From a bacterium (GTDB lineage Bacteria > Desulfobacterota_D > UBA1144): DNA of 64,000 nt. The stretch spans positions 12,817 to 76,816 of the forward strand of contig JABILG010000002.1 of assembly GCA_018654605.1 (NCBI GenBank), given 5' to 3'. Below the pieces are notes generated by a model that was given only the letters and a program-made list of their open reading frames with translations, did not search any database and had not been told where the DNA came from. Below, in pieces: positions 10,203-20,871 of the stretch (within the stretch, counting starts at the first letter, position 1; each line of letters starts with the position of its first letter). Made by a program: the position numbers and the translations under genes.

Positions 10203-11222
10203 ATGATAGTTGTTTTAAAAAGTTCATCTACAAATGAGGAATTAGAAAAGATTATAGCGGCTGTAAAAGACTACGGGTATACAGCGGAAGTCGTTAAAGG
10301 TAAATCTAAAACTATAATAGGTGCCGTTGGGGACCAAAAGGAAAAGCAGCAACATATGAATCTTTTGGGTCAGCTTCCTGGAGTTGAAGCTGTAGTCCCT
10401 ATAATGCAACCTCACAAACTTGGTAGTAGAGAGTTTAGGAATGATGACTCAGAATTTAAAGTTGGAAATACAACAGTGGGTGGTAAAAGTTTAACTCTTA
10501 TAGCTGGTCCATGTTCAATCGAATCAGAAGATCAAATACTAGATATAGCTAAATCTGTAAAAGAAAGTGGCGCTACAATCCTTAGGGGTGGTGCATTTAA
10601 ACCAAGAACTTCACCTTACACTTTCCAAGGATTGGGCGAAGAGGGGTTAATATTACTTAGAAAAGCTGGTGACGAATCTAAGCTACCAATCGTAACCGAA
10701 GTTTTAGATGTAAAAGATTTAGACTTGGTTTGTAAATATGCTGATATGATACAAATTGGAGCAAGAAACTGTCAAAACTATGCTCTACTTAAAGCTGTTG
10801 GTAAAACGAAAAAACCGGTGCTCTTAAAAAGAGGAATGTCCACGACAATAAATGAATTTTTACTTTGTGCAGAATATCTGCTTGCCGAAGGTAATATGAG
10901 CGTTGCTTTATGTGAAAGAGGTATTAGAACTTTTGAGACAGCAACTAGAAATACTTTTGATATAAATGCTATTCCCGTTTTAAAAGAAAAGACTCATCTT
11001 CCTATAATCGGTGACCCTGCTCATGGGACTGGTTACTGGCAATATGTTGCACCAATTGCATATGCGGCAATTGCAGCAGGAGCAGATGGACTAGCCCTTG
11101 AAGTTCATAATAAACCAGAGATTGCCTTAAGCGACGGTGGCCAATCCTTAAAACCAAAGAAGTTTGCTGAGATGGTAAGTAAAGCAAGAGTTATAGCCAA
11201 TGCAATTGGAAAGAAAATCTAA
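10203..11222 (+). CDS. 3-deoxy-7-phosphoheptulonate (DAHP) synthase, type I-beta with N-terminal ferredoxin-like regulatory domain
   Basis: KDO8PS-like core: LIAGPCSIES, ILRGGAFKPRTSPY, KRG, GDPAHGTG. Start moved to ATG 10203, which has GGAGG 8 nt upstream. The track ORF begins at 10152 with no RBS. Confidence 0.75.
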   Translation: MIVVLKSSSTNEELEKIIAAVKDYGYTAEVVKGKSKTIIGAVGDQKEKQQHMNLLGQLPGVEAVVPIMQPHKLGSREFRNDDSEFKVGNTTVGGKSLTLIAGPCSIESEDQILDIAKSVKESGATILRGGAFKPRTSPYTFQGLGEEGLILLRKAGDESKLPIVTEVLDVKDLDLVCKYADMIQIGARNCQNYALLKAVGKTKKPVLLKRGMSTTINEFLLCAEYLLAEGNMSVALCERGIRTFETATRNTFDINAIPVLKEKTHLPIIGDPAHGTGYWQYVAPIAYAAIAAGADGLALEVHNKPEIALSDGGQSLKPKKFAEMVSKARVIANAIGKKI

Positions 11223-11824
11223 CTCTTTATCAAGACTCTTCTACCATTAAGAATGCATTTATCCTCTGAAATAAGTTGTATTGCCTTAGGTAAGATTTCG
11301 TGTTCTTTTTTGTGAATCTTCTCGATTAGAGTTTCTTCAGTGTCATTATCATCAATTTCAACTAATCCTTGAGTTATTATTGGTCCGGTGTCGATTCCCT
11401 CATCAACATAATGAACAGTGCACCCACTAAACTTCGCCCCATAATCAACTGCTTGTCGTGGTGCATGTAATCCAGTAAAGGCTGGCAACAATGAAGGATG
11501 GAGATTAATAACTTTCTTTTCATAGTGAGAAGTGAAGAATGGAGACAATATCCTCTTAAATCCTGCCAAAACAATTAATTGGATATTATACTTCTCGATA
11601 CGAGAAATTATTTCAGTTTCAAAAGCTTTTCTAGAATCAAAATCTTTATGTGAAAGAAATAGTGACTCTATCGATAGTTTTCTAGCTCTTTCTAAAACAT
11701 ATGCATCTTTCATATTACAAAAAAGAAGAGACACTTCAATGTTTGGGATATGTGCATTTACAATTGCTTCAAAATTTGAACCATTACCAGATGAAAAGAT
11801 AGCTATTTTAAATTTGTCAGACAT
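11219..11824 (-). CDS. purN: Phosphoribosylglycinamide formyltransferase
   Basis: 201 aa; IAIFSSGNGSNFEAI, LAGFKRIL, formyl-transferase HPSLLPAF motif. Confidence 0.85.
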   Translation of the reverse strand: MSDKFKIAIFSSGNGSNFEAIVNAHIPNIEVSLLFCNMKDAYVLERARKLSIESLFLSHKDFDSRKAFETEIISRIEKYNIQLIVLAGFKRILSPFFTSHYEKKVINLHPSLLPAFTGLHAPRQAVDYGAKFSGCTVHYVDEGIDTGPIITQGLVEIDDNDTEETLIEKIHKKEHEILPKAIQLISEDKCILNGRRVLIKS

Positions 11825-11836
11825 AAGAAAAATTAA

Positions 11837-11952
11837 CTAGGCAGCTACCTACTTTCCCAATACCAACGGGTATCAGTATCATCGGCCTCTGAGGACTTAA
11901 CTTCCGGGTTCGGAATGGAACCGGGTGTACCCCCTCCAGTGTGGCCACCTAG
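11837..11952 (-). rRNA. rrf: 5S ribosomal RNA
   Basis: The reverse complement reads CUAGGUGGCCACACUGGAGGGGGUACACCCGGUUCCAUUCCGAACCCGGAAGUUAAGUCCUCAGAGGCCGAUGAUACUG...GGGAAAGUAGGUAGCUGCCUAG. This matches bacterial 5S loop C, helix III/IV and the GAGAGUAGG-type 3' region. Terminal helix I pairs its 5' and 3' ends. It is a GC-rich island in AT-rich DNA. Confidence 0.85.
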
Positions 11953-11960
11953 AATCTAAA

Positions 11961-11988
11961 ATCTTATACAAAAAAAGATTGATGTCAA
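11961..11988 (-). promoter_or_regulatory. Sigma70-like promoter for the 5S rRNA (TTGACA-N16-TAAGAT), about 7 nt upstream of the 5S 5' end
   Basis: Minus-strand TTGACA is plus tgtcaa at 11983-11988; TAAGAT is plus atctta at 11961-11966. The spacing places the TSS at about 11953. Confidence 0.45.
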
Positions 11989-12004
11989 TATTAAAATTGA
12001 TTTT

Positions 12005-13321
12005 TTAATCTAAATAGCTTAATACTGGCGATTTGCGAAGTTTTTTTAACTTTTTTAGAGCTTTTAATTCTATTTGTCTTATTCGCTCACGCGTAACATT
12101 AAACTCCTTACCGATTTCTTCTAAAGTAAAAGCTTGATCTTCATCAATTCCAAACCTTTTCTTTATAACATCCTTCTCTCTTTCACTCAACACCTTGTGC
12201 AGAGAGTCATTAATCATATCCTTAAGCTCATTATCTTTAAAAGAATCATACTGAGATGGTGTTTTATCGTCACCGACAGTATCCATTAGAGTTTGAGAAG
12301 ATTCATCATCATTAATTGGGGAATCTAGAGCTATAGGATCCTTTGTGACTCTAAGTATCTTCTCTACTTTGCTTAAGTCATAATTTGATTGAACTGCCAA
12401 TTCGCTGGATGTCGGCTCTCTTCCAAGCTTTTGTACCAAAATCCTTGAAGCTGAAGATATTCTATTAATTTGCTCGGTCATATGAACTGGGATTCTGATT
12501 ATCCTGGCTTGGTCTGCCAAAGCTCTAGTTATTGCCTGTCTAATCCACCATGTAGCATAAGTAGAGAACTTGTAACCTCTCTCATACTCGAACTTTTCAA
12601 CAGCCCTAATTAATCCGATGTTGCCCTCCTGTATTAAATCCAGAAATGGTAATCCCTTATTTGTATATCTCCTTGCAATACTTACTACTAATCTTAGATT
12701 TGATTCAACAAGCTTCTTTTTTGATACAACATAATTAAACTTTGCTTTTTTAACATTATCGATGAAAGTGTTTGGATACTCACTTCTTTTAATAAACACA
12801 ATTAATGACTTAAGAAAATCTGATGAAAATTCAATCTTTAACATTTCCTCTTTTAGCAACTTCTTGTCCTTAATTGGCAATTTCTTCTTAGATAATGCTT
12901 TGTCTATAACATCAAAAACATTAACAATTCTCCTATTAAGGCTCTCACTGTTTGCACCATGGACACCAATCTCTTCTATGTCGAGATCATAAGGCTCAGA
13001 ATTAAAAGAAGTGGACAAATAATTTTCCGAAACAAATCTCAGCAATATTAAATCTGACACTAACGATTCACATAAAAAGCTTTTAGCAATACTTAATCTT
13101 GATGCAACATCTGTTTCTTCTGATTTCTTTAATAAAGAATGAAGAGCAATGGTATTTAAATAACTTTTAACTGGGTCATCTGTAGATTCAAGCTGCTTTA
13201 TGGGGGCTCTTATTTCAAACTCTTTTCTTAACTTTTTGTCGAGCTTTATCTTGGGCAGAATCTTATCTACGAAATGAGGGAGGAAGTCTAAAGCTATGGG
13301 TAGTACATTTTTATTATACAT
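12005..13321 (-). CDS. rpoD: RNA polymerase sigma factor RpoD (sigma-70), short form
   Basis: 438 aa; regions 2-4 are present: [40 protein letters not shown], and [20 protein letters not shown]. Confidence 0.9.
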   Translation of the reverse strand: MYNKNVLPIALDFLPHFVDKILPKIKLDKKLRKEFEIRAPIKQLESTDDPVKSYLNTIALHSLLKKSEETDVASRLSIAKSFLCESLVSDLILLRFVSENYLSTSFNSEPYDLDIEEIGVHGANSESLNRRIVNVFDVIDKALSKKKLPIKDKKLLKEEMLKIEFSSDFLKSLIVFIKRSEYPNTFIDNVKKAKFNYVVSKKKLVESNLRLVVSIARRYTNKGLPFLDLIQEGNIGLIRAVEKFEYERGYKFSTYATWWIRQAITRALADQARIIRIPVHMTEQINRISSASRILVQKLGREPTSSELAVQSNYDLSKVEKILRVTKDPIALDSPINDDESSQTLMDTVGDDKTPSQYDSFKDNELKDMINDSLHKVLSEREKDVIKKRFGIDEDQAFTLEEIGKEFNVTRERIRQIELKALKKLKKLRKSPVLSYLD

Positions 13322-13385
13322 CTGGACCTTAGTATAATATTAACTAATTAAGAAGAAGATGACCACAAATGATGCAAGACACCCT

Positions 13386-15146
13386 CTAAAATAAGGACTT
13401 CTCTTTTTCGATAAGATTTCTTAAATCGTTCAACAAATGCTTTTCTTCTTCTTCAGGTATGTCGGCATTCTTACTAAGCTTTAGATTTATTAATCGCTTT
13501 AAGTCTTTAATAGAATCTAGCTCTATCCTTTTCAGGCAATCTTCAATCAGTTTTTTTCTTGATAGTTTTTCTTTAGGAATGTCATAAGGTGTAAATATTA
13601 AATCTGAGATCATACTACTTACAGCTTCTTCGTTAATCTTTCCTATAAGATTAGATGCTTCAGCATTTGGATTGTCAGTTAAAAGCTTTAAAATCTCCAC
13701 ATGAAAATTATTAGAAATAATTGATGAATATTTAAGCATTAGAGATGAATCCCTGGAATCTAAAAACTCTATAAAAACTTTTAAGATTATATCTTCTGGA
13801 CTAAGAATACGGTTTATAGATCTTACCTCTTGATTAGAATCAATCTTAATAAATTCTTTATTTATCATATTTTCGATTTTTATTTTAGTAATTTGAAAAG
13901 ACGAGGCAAACTTATTTATAAACTCATCTCTTTGTATATAATCTTGAACATATTTAATCTTTCCAATAAAGTTCCCTACAACTTCATTAATGCTTAATTC
14001 CTTTTCTATATATTTATCTTTTAGATAATCCATATATTCATCCATTATAGAGTTAGATTTTTTAGCTTTCTGAACAAATTCGTCTCTTCCATATTTTTCT
14101 AAATAAGAGCAAGGATCTGTACCCTTTTCCAATCTTAAGCTAAAGATTTCAATTCCAAACTGGTATAAAGGCTCAATGTTCTTGAATGAAGCGTCAATTC
14201 CCGCAGTGTCAGAATCATAGCAAAGAATTACCTTGTTACATATCTTCTTAATCTCATTAGCATGTTCTAGAGTCAAAGATGTTCCCATTGTAGCAACTAC
14301 ATTGTACAAACCACACTTGTTCATCATCAAAACATCAGTATAGCCCTCAACTATAAAAATATATTTGGGTTTTCTGCCATTTAGTTTATTAAAATTACCC
14401 AAGCCATAAAGAACCTTACGTTTTAAAAAGATTTCGGATTCCTTAGAGTTTATATACTTAGCTTTATCATCACCGATTGTTCTTCCGGCAAAAGCTAAAA
14501 CATTTCCCTGCCTATTCTTAATCGGAAAAATAATTCTATTCCTAAAAAAATCGTACAAGTCTTCTTTGCCCTCTTTTTTATTTACAAGTCCTAAAAGTAG
14601 AGCCATCTCAGCAACATCTTTTTTTTCTGATACTAAAGATGAAATTGAATCCCAACTGTCCGGCGCAAAACCTAGCGAATTCTCTTCAATATCTTTAATA
14701 GTAAAGCCTCTTCCTTTTAAGTATTTAATTGGTTTCGAATTTCTTTGATTATCAAGAAGGCACCTAGAAAAGAACTGCGAGATTTTATTGTTAAAATCAT
14801 ACATTTTTTTGCTTAAACTAATATCTTGTGATGGCTTGTACCTGTTCTTAGGTATCTTAATATTAAAAAAACTTGAAATATCCTCTAATGTCTCAGGGTA
14901 GGTTAAATTTTTAAATTCTTTAATGAATTGAATCAAGTTGCCACCGGCTTTGCAAACAAAGCAATGATAAAGACCCTTATCTTCGCTAATATGCATAGAT
15001 GGAGATTTATCGTCATGGAAAGGACATAAAACTTTATATCCACTTCCAGATTTCTTACATTCAGACCAATTTTTATCTATGTATTCTTTTATTGAGGTTT
15101 TATTTAAGATGTCGTCTTTATCTGAGTATTTTTCATATAGTGACAT
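13386..15146 (-). CDS. dnaG: DNA primase
   Basis: 586 aa; N-terminal zinc-binding CPFHDDKSPSMHI...CFVCKAGGN; TOPRIM EGYTDV. It sits in an rpsU-dnaG-rpoD arrangement. Confidence 0.85.
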   Translation of the reverse strand: MSLYEKYSDKDDILNKTSIKEYIDKNWSECKKSGSGYKVLCPFHDDKSPSMHISEDKGLYHCFVCKAGGNLIQFIKEFKNLTYPETLEDISSFFNIKIPKNRYKPSQDISLSKKMYDFNNKISQFFSRCLLDNQRNSKPIKYLKGRGFTIKDIEENSLGFAPDSWDSISSLVSEKKDVAEMALLLGLVNKKEGKEDLYDFFRNRIIFPIKNRQGNVLAFAGRTIGDDKAKYINSKESEIFLKRKVLYGLGNFNKLNGRKPKYIFIVEGYTDVLMMNKCGLYNVVATMGTSLTLEHANEIKKICNKVILCYDSDTAGIDASFKNIEPLYQFGIEIFSLRLEKGTDPCSYLEKYGRDEFVQKAKKSNSIMDEYMDYLKDKYIEKELSINEVVGNFIGKIKYVQDYIQRDEFINKFASSFQITKIKIENMINKEFIKIDSNQEVRSINRILSPEDIILKVFIEFLDSRDSSLMLKYSSIISNNFHVEILKLLTDNPNAEASNLIGKINEEAVSSMISDLIFTPYDIPKEKLSRKKLIEDCLKRIELDSIKDLKRLINLKLSKNADIPEEEEKHLLNDLRNLIEKEKSLF

Positions 15147-15155
15147 TTAATTGCT

Positions 15156-15365
15156 TTAATATCTTGGTTTTCTAACTTTTTTATTCATCCTTTTTTTTGC
15201 AGCAAAAAGCTTCTTCTTCTTTGTCTCACTTGGCTTCTCAAAATATTCTTTCTTTCTTGCATCAGACAAAACACCGCCCTTTTCAACTTGTCTTTTGAAC
15301 CTTCTAAGTGCATTTTCTAAATTTTCGTTACTACCTACATATATACCTGGCATAAATATCTCCAA
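15156..15365 (-). CDS. rpsU: 30S ribosomal protein S21
   Basis: 69 aa and basic; NENLENALRRFKRQVEKGGVL is typical of S21. Confidence 0.85.
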   Translation of the reverse strand: MEIFMPGIYVGSNENLENALRRFKRQVEKGGVLSDARKKEYFEKPSETKKKKLFAAKKRMNKKVRKPRY

Positions 15366-15412
15366 TGAATAGAAAAATTTATATTAGTACCACTTTAAAG
15401 TCAAGAAATTAA

Positions 15413-17377
15413 TTAGGAGAGTATTTTAAGAGCCTTCTTAATAATTTCCCTTTTATTAATCTTAAAATACTTATATAAATCATCTTTGGGGGCACTAGCA
15501 CCAAAAGTCTCGATTGAAACAACATTTGAAAAATCTTCATAAAAGCTTTTCCACCCGAGAGAAAGTCCTGCTTCGATAGATAGGATTGGAGAATTACCTA
15601 AAAACTTAGACCTAACTTTAACAGGCTGGCTAAAGAATCTTTCTGAGCAGCTAATCGATACAACTGTAGCTTTTATACCCTTCTTGTTTAATTCTTCAGC
15701 AGCAGAATAGGCAATCTCGACCTCAGAACCAGACGAAACAAGAACTATGTTCTGGTTCTTAGTAGATCCATATATCACCTGAGCACCTATGTTTAATAAT
15801 TTTTGATTCAACTTCTGTGGAAAATTATTTATAAACCTTAAGTCCTGACGACTTAAGGCAATTAATGAAGGATTGTTAGACCGTATAGCATCAACCCATG
15901 CATGAAAAGTTTCATTGATATCACAAGGCCTATAGACATTAAGATTTGGGATTGCCCTTAAGCTTGCTAAATGTTCAACAGGTTGATGAGTAGGACCATC
16001 TTCCCCCAATCCTATGGAATCATGAGTCATAACATATATAACTTTTATTCCCATCATTGCAGACAGTCTAATAGATGGCCTACAGTAATCTGAAAAAACA
16101 AGGAAAGTTCCACCATAAGGAATAATCCCTTTATGTAAAGAGAGGCCATTCATAATAGAGGCCATTCCATGTTCTCTGATACCATAGTGTATATAGTCTC
16201 CAGAGTAGTTCTTTGAGCTAATATTGGACATTGACTTAACCTTAGTATTATTTGAAGGTGTCAAATCTGCAGAGCCACCAATCAGTTCAGGGATAAAGTC
16301 TTTAAAGATATCCAAAACCTTTTCACTTGATTTTCTTGTGGAAATTTTTTCAATATTTGGATTGTTATTTTTAAACTTTGCATACAATTTTTCTAAGAAA
16401 GCATTAGAAAAAGTTCCTGTCAAGCTTTTGTTGAAATCTTTCTTTAAATTACTATCCTTCAGATTCAACTCCCAGCTTATTCTTTTCTTTTTCGACCTCA
16501 ACCCAGCCTTACGCCATATTTTTAAGATTGTTTTTGGTATCTCGAAAGGTTTATATTTCCACTTTAGATTCTTCCTAGTCTCAAGAACTTCTTCTTTACC
16601 TAATGCAGCTCCATGACTTCTCTCGGAACCTTCTTTGTTAGGTGAACCAAACCCTATCTTAGTAGAGCAAGCTATCATTGTTGGCTTATTAGATTTCTGA
16701 GCTTTCTCAATTGATTTCCTGATTTTAGATGGGCTATGGCCGTCAACATTAATATAATTCCAATTATAGGATTTGATTCGGCTTCTAGTATCATCAGAGG
16801 TTGAAAGATTAGTAGGACCATCGATTGATATATTATTATCATCAAAGAAAACTATTAATTTATTTAATTTTAAGTGTCCTGCTAAACTTAGAACTTCATG
16901 ACTAAGCCCTTCCATTAAGCACCCGTCTCCAACAAAAGCATAAGTAAAATGATTAACGATTTTATCTCCAAATTTGCTATTTTGTATTCTCTCGGCAAGT
17001 GCCATTCCAACAGCATTCCCTAAGCCTTGAGCAAGAGGTCCTGTTGTAGTCTCAATCCCTAAAGTATGTTTATATTCTGGATGGCCTGGGGCCTTTGATC
17101 CTAATTTCCTAAAGTTCTTTATTTCTTTAAGTGATGGCTCAGAAAATCCTAGAAGATATTGTAAAGAGTAAATCAACATCGAACCATGGCCATTAGATAG
17201 AACAAATCTATCTCTATCAGGCCAATTAGGTTTAGTAGCGTCAAACTTTAAATACTCAGTAAATAATACAGTAGCAACATCTGCCATTCCCATGGGCATG
17301 CCCGGGTGTCCTGAGTTCGCTTCTTCTACAGCATCTATAGATAAAAATCTTAGAGAATTAGGAATTCTTAAGTCCAT
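15413..17377 (-). CDS. tkt: Transketolase
   Basis: 654 aa; TPP motifs SGHPGMPMGMA and GDGCLMEGLSHE; HGSMLIY. Confidence 0.9.
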   Translation of the reverse strand: MDLRIPNSLRFLSIDAVEEANSGHPGMPMGMADVATVLFTEYLKFDATKPNWPDRDRFVLSNGHGSMLIYSLQYLLGFSEPSLKEIKNFRKLGSKAPGHPEYKHTLGIETTTGPLAQGLGNAVGMALAERIQNSKFGDKIVNHFTYAFVGDGCLMEGLSHEVLSLAGHLKLNKLIVFFDDNNISIDGPTNLSTSDDTRSRIKSYNWNYINVDGHSPSKIRKSIEKAQKSNKPTMIACSTKIGFGSPNKEGSERSHGAALGKEEVLETRKNLKWKYKPFEIPKTILKIWRKAGLRSKKKRISWELNLKDSNLKKDFNKSLTGTFSNAFLEKLYAKFKNNNPNIEKISTRKSSEKVLDIFKDFIPELIGGSADLTPSNNTKVKSMSNISSKNYSGDYIHYGIREHGMASIMNGLSLHKGIIPYGGTFLVFSDYCRPSIRLSAMMGIKVIYVMTHDSIGLGEDGPTHQPVEHLASLRAIPNLNVYRPCDINETFHAWVDAIRSNNPSLIALSRQDLRFINNFPQKLNQKLLNIGAQVIYGSTKNQNIVLVSSGSEVEIAYSAAEELNKKGIKATVVSISCSERFFSQPVKVRSKFLGNSPILSIEAGLSLGWKSFYEDFSNVVSIETFGASAPKDDLYKYFKINKREIIKKALKILS

Positions 17378-17478
17378 AATTTAAAATACATTATCTTAAT
17401 ACAAGATGATTTCAAATTTTTTTTATATCTTATGTTGAAAAAAAATTCTCCTGATATAGAATTCAAATACTTAAAAAA

Positions 17479-18756
17479 ATGGCTAAAATAACATATTTAA
17501 AAGGTAGACAAATTCTTGATTCTCGCGGTACTCCTACTGTAGAAGTCGATATGTCTATTGATAATGGACAAATTTGCCGAGGATCAGTACCATCTGGTGC
17601 TTCAACTGGCTCACATGAAGCAATAGAACTTAGAGATGGTAACTCAGAAGAATTCAATGGAAAGGGTGTTAAAAATGCTATTAAAAATATTAACTCATCC
17701 ATAAAATCCAGTGTTACGGATATTAACTTTGGGTCTATAGCCGAATTTGATAATTTCTTACTGGAACTAGACGGAACCCAAAATAAATCAGAATTAGGAG
17801 CAAATGCAATACTGGCTTGTTCTATTACTTTTTTAAAATGTTTAGCAAAAAACAATAATCAAGAAGTTTATGAGTACTTAGGTAAAGATAAGGAGCTTAG
17901 TTTGCCTACGCCGTTAATGAACATAATAAACGGAGGTGCCCATGCAAATAATGGATTAGATATTCAGGAATTTATGATAGTACCTGGGGGTTTCTCTTCT
18001 TTCTCTGATTCTTTAAGAGCAGGAGTGGAAATATTTCAAGAACTCAAAAAATTGTTAGACGAAGAAGGCCATTCAACTGCGGTTGGTGACGAGGGCGGTT
18101 TTGCCCCAAACCTAAATTCAAATGAAGAAGCACTGAATTATATATCTAAAGCTGTTTCTAATTCAGGATACGAGCTTGGAAAACAAATCTTCTTTGCATT
18201 AGATGTTGCGGCTACTGAGATTTATGAAAATAAAAAATATAGGATTGATAAAAAACTCTTATCAATCAAAGAAATTTCGCAATATTATCAAGAATTAATA
18301 AACAAATTTCCAATTATCTCAATTGAGGATCCTTTAGATGAAGATGATTGGGAAGGATGGAGTATGTTAACTGAACTAATAGGTAGAAAGGTTCAGCTTG
18401 TTGGTGATGATCTTTTTGTAACTAACAATTCACGACTACAAATGGGGATAGATAAGAAAGCTGCTAACAGTATTTTAGTAAAAATAAATCAGATTGGCTC
18501 TATTTCTGAGACTATCCAAGCAATTGAGTTAGCAAAGAAGAATAATTATTCTTATATAATATCTCATAGATCGGGTGAAACTGAAGATTCAATAATTGCA
18601 GATATAGCCGTAGCTACCAATGCAGGACAAATAAAGACTGGTTCGTGTTCCAGAACAGATAGAACAGCGAAATATAACCAGCTTCTAAGAATAGAGGACT
18701 TCTTAGGTTCAAATAGAAAATTTTCTAAATTAAAGACTTTTAATAGTTCTTTCTAA
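17479..18756 (+). CDS. eno: Enolase
   Basis: 425 aa; SGASTGSHEA, GDDLFVTN, SHRSGETED, IKTGS. Confidence 0.9.
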   Translation: MAKITYLKGRQILDSRGTPTVEVDMSIDNGQICRGSVPSGASTGSHEAIELRDGNSEEFNGKGVKNAIKNINSSIKSSVTDINFGSIAEFDNFLLELDGTQNKSELGANAILACSITFLKCLAKNNNQEVYEYLGKDKELSLPTPLMNIINGGAHANNGLDIQEFMIVPGGFSSFSDSLRAGVEIFQELKKLLDEEGHSTAVGDEGGFAPNLNSNEEALNYISKAVSNSGYELGKQIFFALDVAATEIYENKKYRIDKKLLSIKEISQYYQELINKFPIISIEDPLDEDDWEGWSMLTELIGRKVQLVGDDLFVTNNSRLQMGIDKKAANSILVKINQIGSISETIQAIELAKKNNYSYIISHRSGETEDSIIADIAVATNAGQIKTGSCSRTDRTAKYNQLLRIEDFLGSNRKFSKLKTFNSSF

Positions 18757-18778
18757 TTAGGTATTATAATATCTTCAT

Positions 18779-20197
18779 ATGAGACCCAAGACACTTTTTG
18801 ATAAGATATGGAACAAACATATAGTTCATGAGGAAGAAGGTAAGCCAACGCTTCTTTATGTTGATTTACATTTAGTCCACGAAGTTACTTCCCCTCAAGC
18901 ATTTGAAGGACTGCGAGAAGCGGGGAGAAGAATTAGAAGAACAGATAAGACTTTTGCAACTATGGATCACAATGTACCTACTCTCGATAGGCACAATATT
19001 AAAGATCCAATTTCTCTCCAACAAATTGAAACACTTGCATCAAATTGTAAAGAGTTTGGAGTTGAGCTTTTTGATTTAGCAAGCCCCTACCAGGGAATAG
19101 TACATGTTATAGGTCCAGAACAAGGATTAACAAGGCCTGGAAGTACAATAGTATGTGGAGATAGTCACACATCAACACATGGTGCTTTTGGTGCACTTGC
19201 CTTTGGAATTGGAACAAGCGAAGTCGAACATGTCATGTCAACCCAGTGCTTATGGCAAAACAAGCCTAAAACTTTTGAGGTTCGAGTTGGTGGTAAGAGA
19301 CCACAAGGTGTGACAGCAAAAGATATTATTCTAAGCATAATTGGTACAATAGGAACTGCTGGAGCCACAGGATATGTAATTGAATATACAGGCGAAACAA
19401 TTAGAAGCCTCTCTATGGAACAAAGAATGACAATATGTAATATGTCAATCGAAGGTGGAGCTCGAGCTGGAATGATTAGTCCTGATAAAACAACAATAGA
19501 TTATTTAATAGATAAGCCTAGAATTAAGTCAGAAGAAAACTTAGACAACCTTACCAAAGAATGGTTAAAGCTTGCATCAGATGAAGGTGCCACTTTTGAT
19601 GAGACACTAATTCTTGATGCCTCTAAAATCGCTCCGCAAGTAAGCTGGGGAACTAGCCCTGGAATGGTGACTGGGATTAAAGACAAGGTACCGAATCCGA
19701 AGGAGATAGAAGACCCTGTCAAAAGAAAGTCGATTGAAGATGCTCTTAATTATATGGGACTAAAGGCAGATACACCTATTGAAGATATAAAAATTGATAC
19801 AGTATTTATAGGTTCATGTACGAATGGAAGAATAGAGGACTTAATAGCCGCAAGTAAAATAATAAAAGGGAATAAAGTATCTTCAAGAGTTAAAGCAATT
19901 GTTGTGCCTGGTTCACAGGTTGTAAAATATCAAGCAGAAAAGCTAGGGATAGATAAAATATTTAAAGATGCAGGATTTGAATGGAGAGAATCAGGGTGCA
20001 GTATGTGCTTAGCAATGAATCCTGATAAATTGTCACCTGGCGAAAGAGCTGCTAGTACTTCCAATAGAAACTTTGAAGGTAGGCAAGGAAAAGGTGGGAG
20101 AACGCATTTAGTAAGCCCAACAATGGCTGCTGCTGCTGCAATAAAAGGAAGATTCACAGATATAAGATCCTACGACATAGATTTAGGTGAGTACTAA
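18779..20197 (+). CDS. leuC: 3-isopropylmalate dehydratase large subunit
   Basis: 472 aa aconitase-family protein; [28 protein letters not shown]. Confidence 0.9.
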   Translation: MRPKTLFDKIWNKHIVHEEEGKPTLLYVDLHLVHEVTSPQAFEGLREAGRRIRRTDKTFATMDHNVPTLDRHNIKDPISLQQIETLASNCKEFGVELFDLASPYQGIVHVIGPEQGLTRPGSTIVCGDSHTSTHGAFGALAFGIGTSEVEHVMSTQCLWQNKPKTFEVRVGGKRPQGVTAKDIILSIIGTIGTAGATGYVIEYTGETIRSLSMEQRMTICNMSIEGGARAGMISPDKTTIDYLIDKPRIKSEENLDNLTKEWLKLASDEGATFDETLILDASKIAPQVSWGTSPGMVTGIKDKVPNPKEIEDPVKRKSIEDALNYMGLKADTPIEDIKIDTVFIGSCTNGRIEDLIAASKIIKGNKVSSRVKAIVVPGSQVVKYQAEKLGIDKIFKDAGFEWRESGCSMCLAMNPDKLSPGERAASTSNRNFEGRQGKGGRTHLVSPTMAAAAAIKGRFTDIRSYDIDLGEY

Positions 20198-20200
20198 AAA

Positions 20201-20791
20201 ATGGAAAAGTTTAATACAGTTATAAGCCGTCCAGCCCCTCTTGATTCGTCCAATGTAGATACTGATCAAATAATACCGAAGCAATTCTTAAAAAGGATAG
20301 AGAGAACCGGATTTGGAGAATTTCTATTTTTTGATTGGCGCTTTAATGATGATGGAACAATAAATAATAAATTCATTTTGAATGAGAAAAGATTCAAAGA
20401 TTCAGAAATTTTACTTTCTCAAGAAAATTTTGGTTGTGGTAGCTCTAGAGAACACGCTCCATGGGCATTAAGAGATTATGGATTTAAGGTTATAATTTCA
20501 ACATCATTCGCTGACATACTCTTCAACAATTGCTTTAAAAATTGCATACTTCCAGTAGTTGTTAATGAAAAAGAACTAAATTACTTTTTTAATTCAACAT
20601 TAAATCTTGAAGACTATGAATTAGAAGTAGATCTTCAGAATATGGTATTAAGTGACAACAAAGGATTCTCTCAAAATCTAGATGTAGACCCATATAGAAG
20701 AAAGTGTCTTTTGGAAGGCCTCGACGACATAGCCCTTACACTTATACATGAAGAAAAAATTACTATGTACGAAAATGCTCTATCAAACTAG
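20201..20791 (+). CDS. leuD: 3-isopropylmalate dehydratase small subunit
   Basis: 196 aa; ENFGCGSSREHAPWAL motif; immediately downstream of leuC. Confidence 0.9.
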   Translation: MEKFNTVISRPAPLDSSNVDTDQIIPKQFLKRIERTGFGEFLFFDWRFNDDGTINNKFILNEKRFKDSEILLSQENFGCGSSREHAPWALRDYGFKVIISTSFADILFNNCFKNCILPVVVNEKELNYFFNSTLNLEDYELEVDLQNMVLSDNKGFSQNLDVDPYRRKCLLEGLDDIALTLIHEEKITMYENALSN

Positions 20792-20871
20792 TGTCTTAAT
20801 TGTTCGATAATCAATACATTAAATGATAATTAACAAGTTATATGTTATTTATTTATTTAATGGTTTTTTGA

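Noticed and set aside
11532-11840. 102-aa plus-strand ORF overlapping purN and touching the 5S rRNA.
   Set aside because: It is antisense to purN, whose product carries clear formyltransferase motifs, and it runs into an RNA gene. It is not supported.
17463-17855. 130-aa minus-strand ORF overlapping the start of eno.
   Set aside because: It is antisense to enolase and shows no independent signals.
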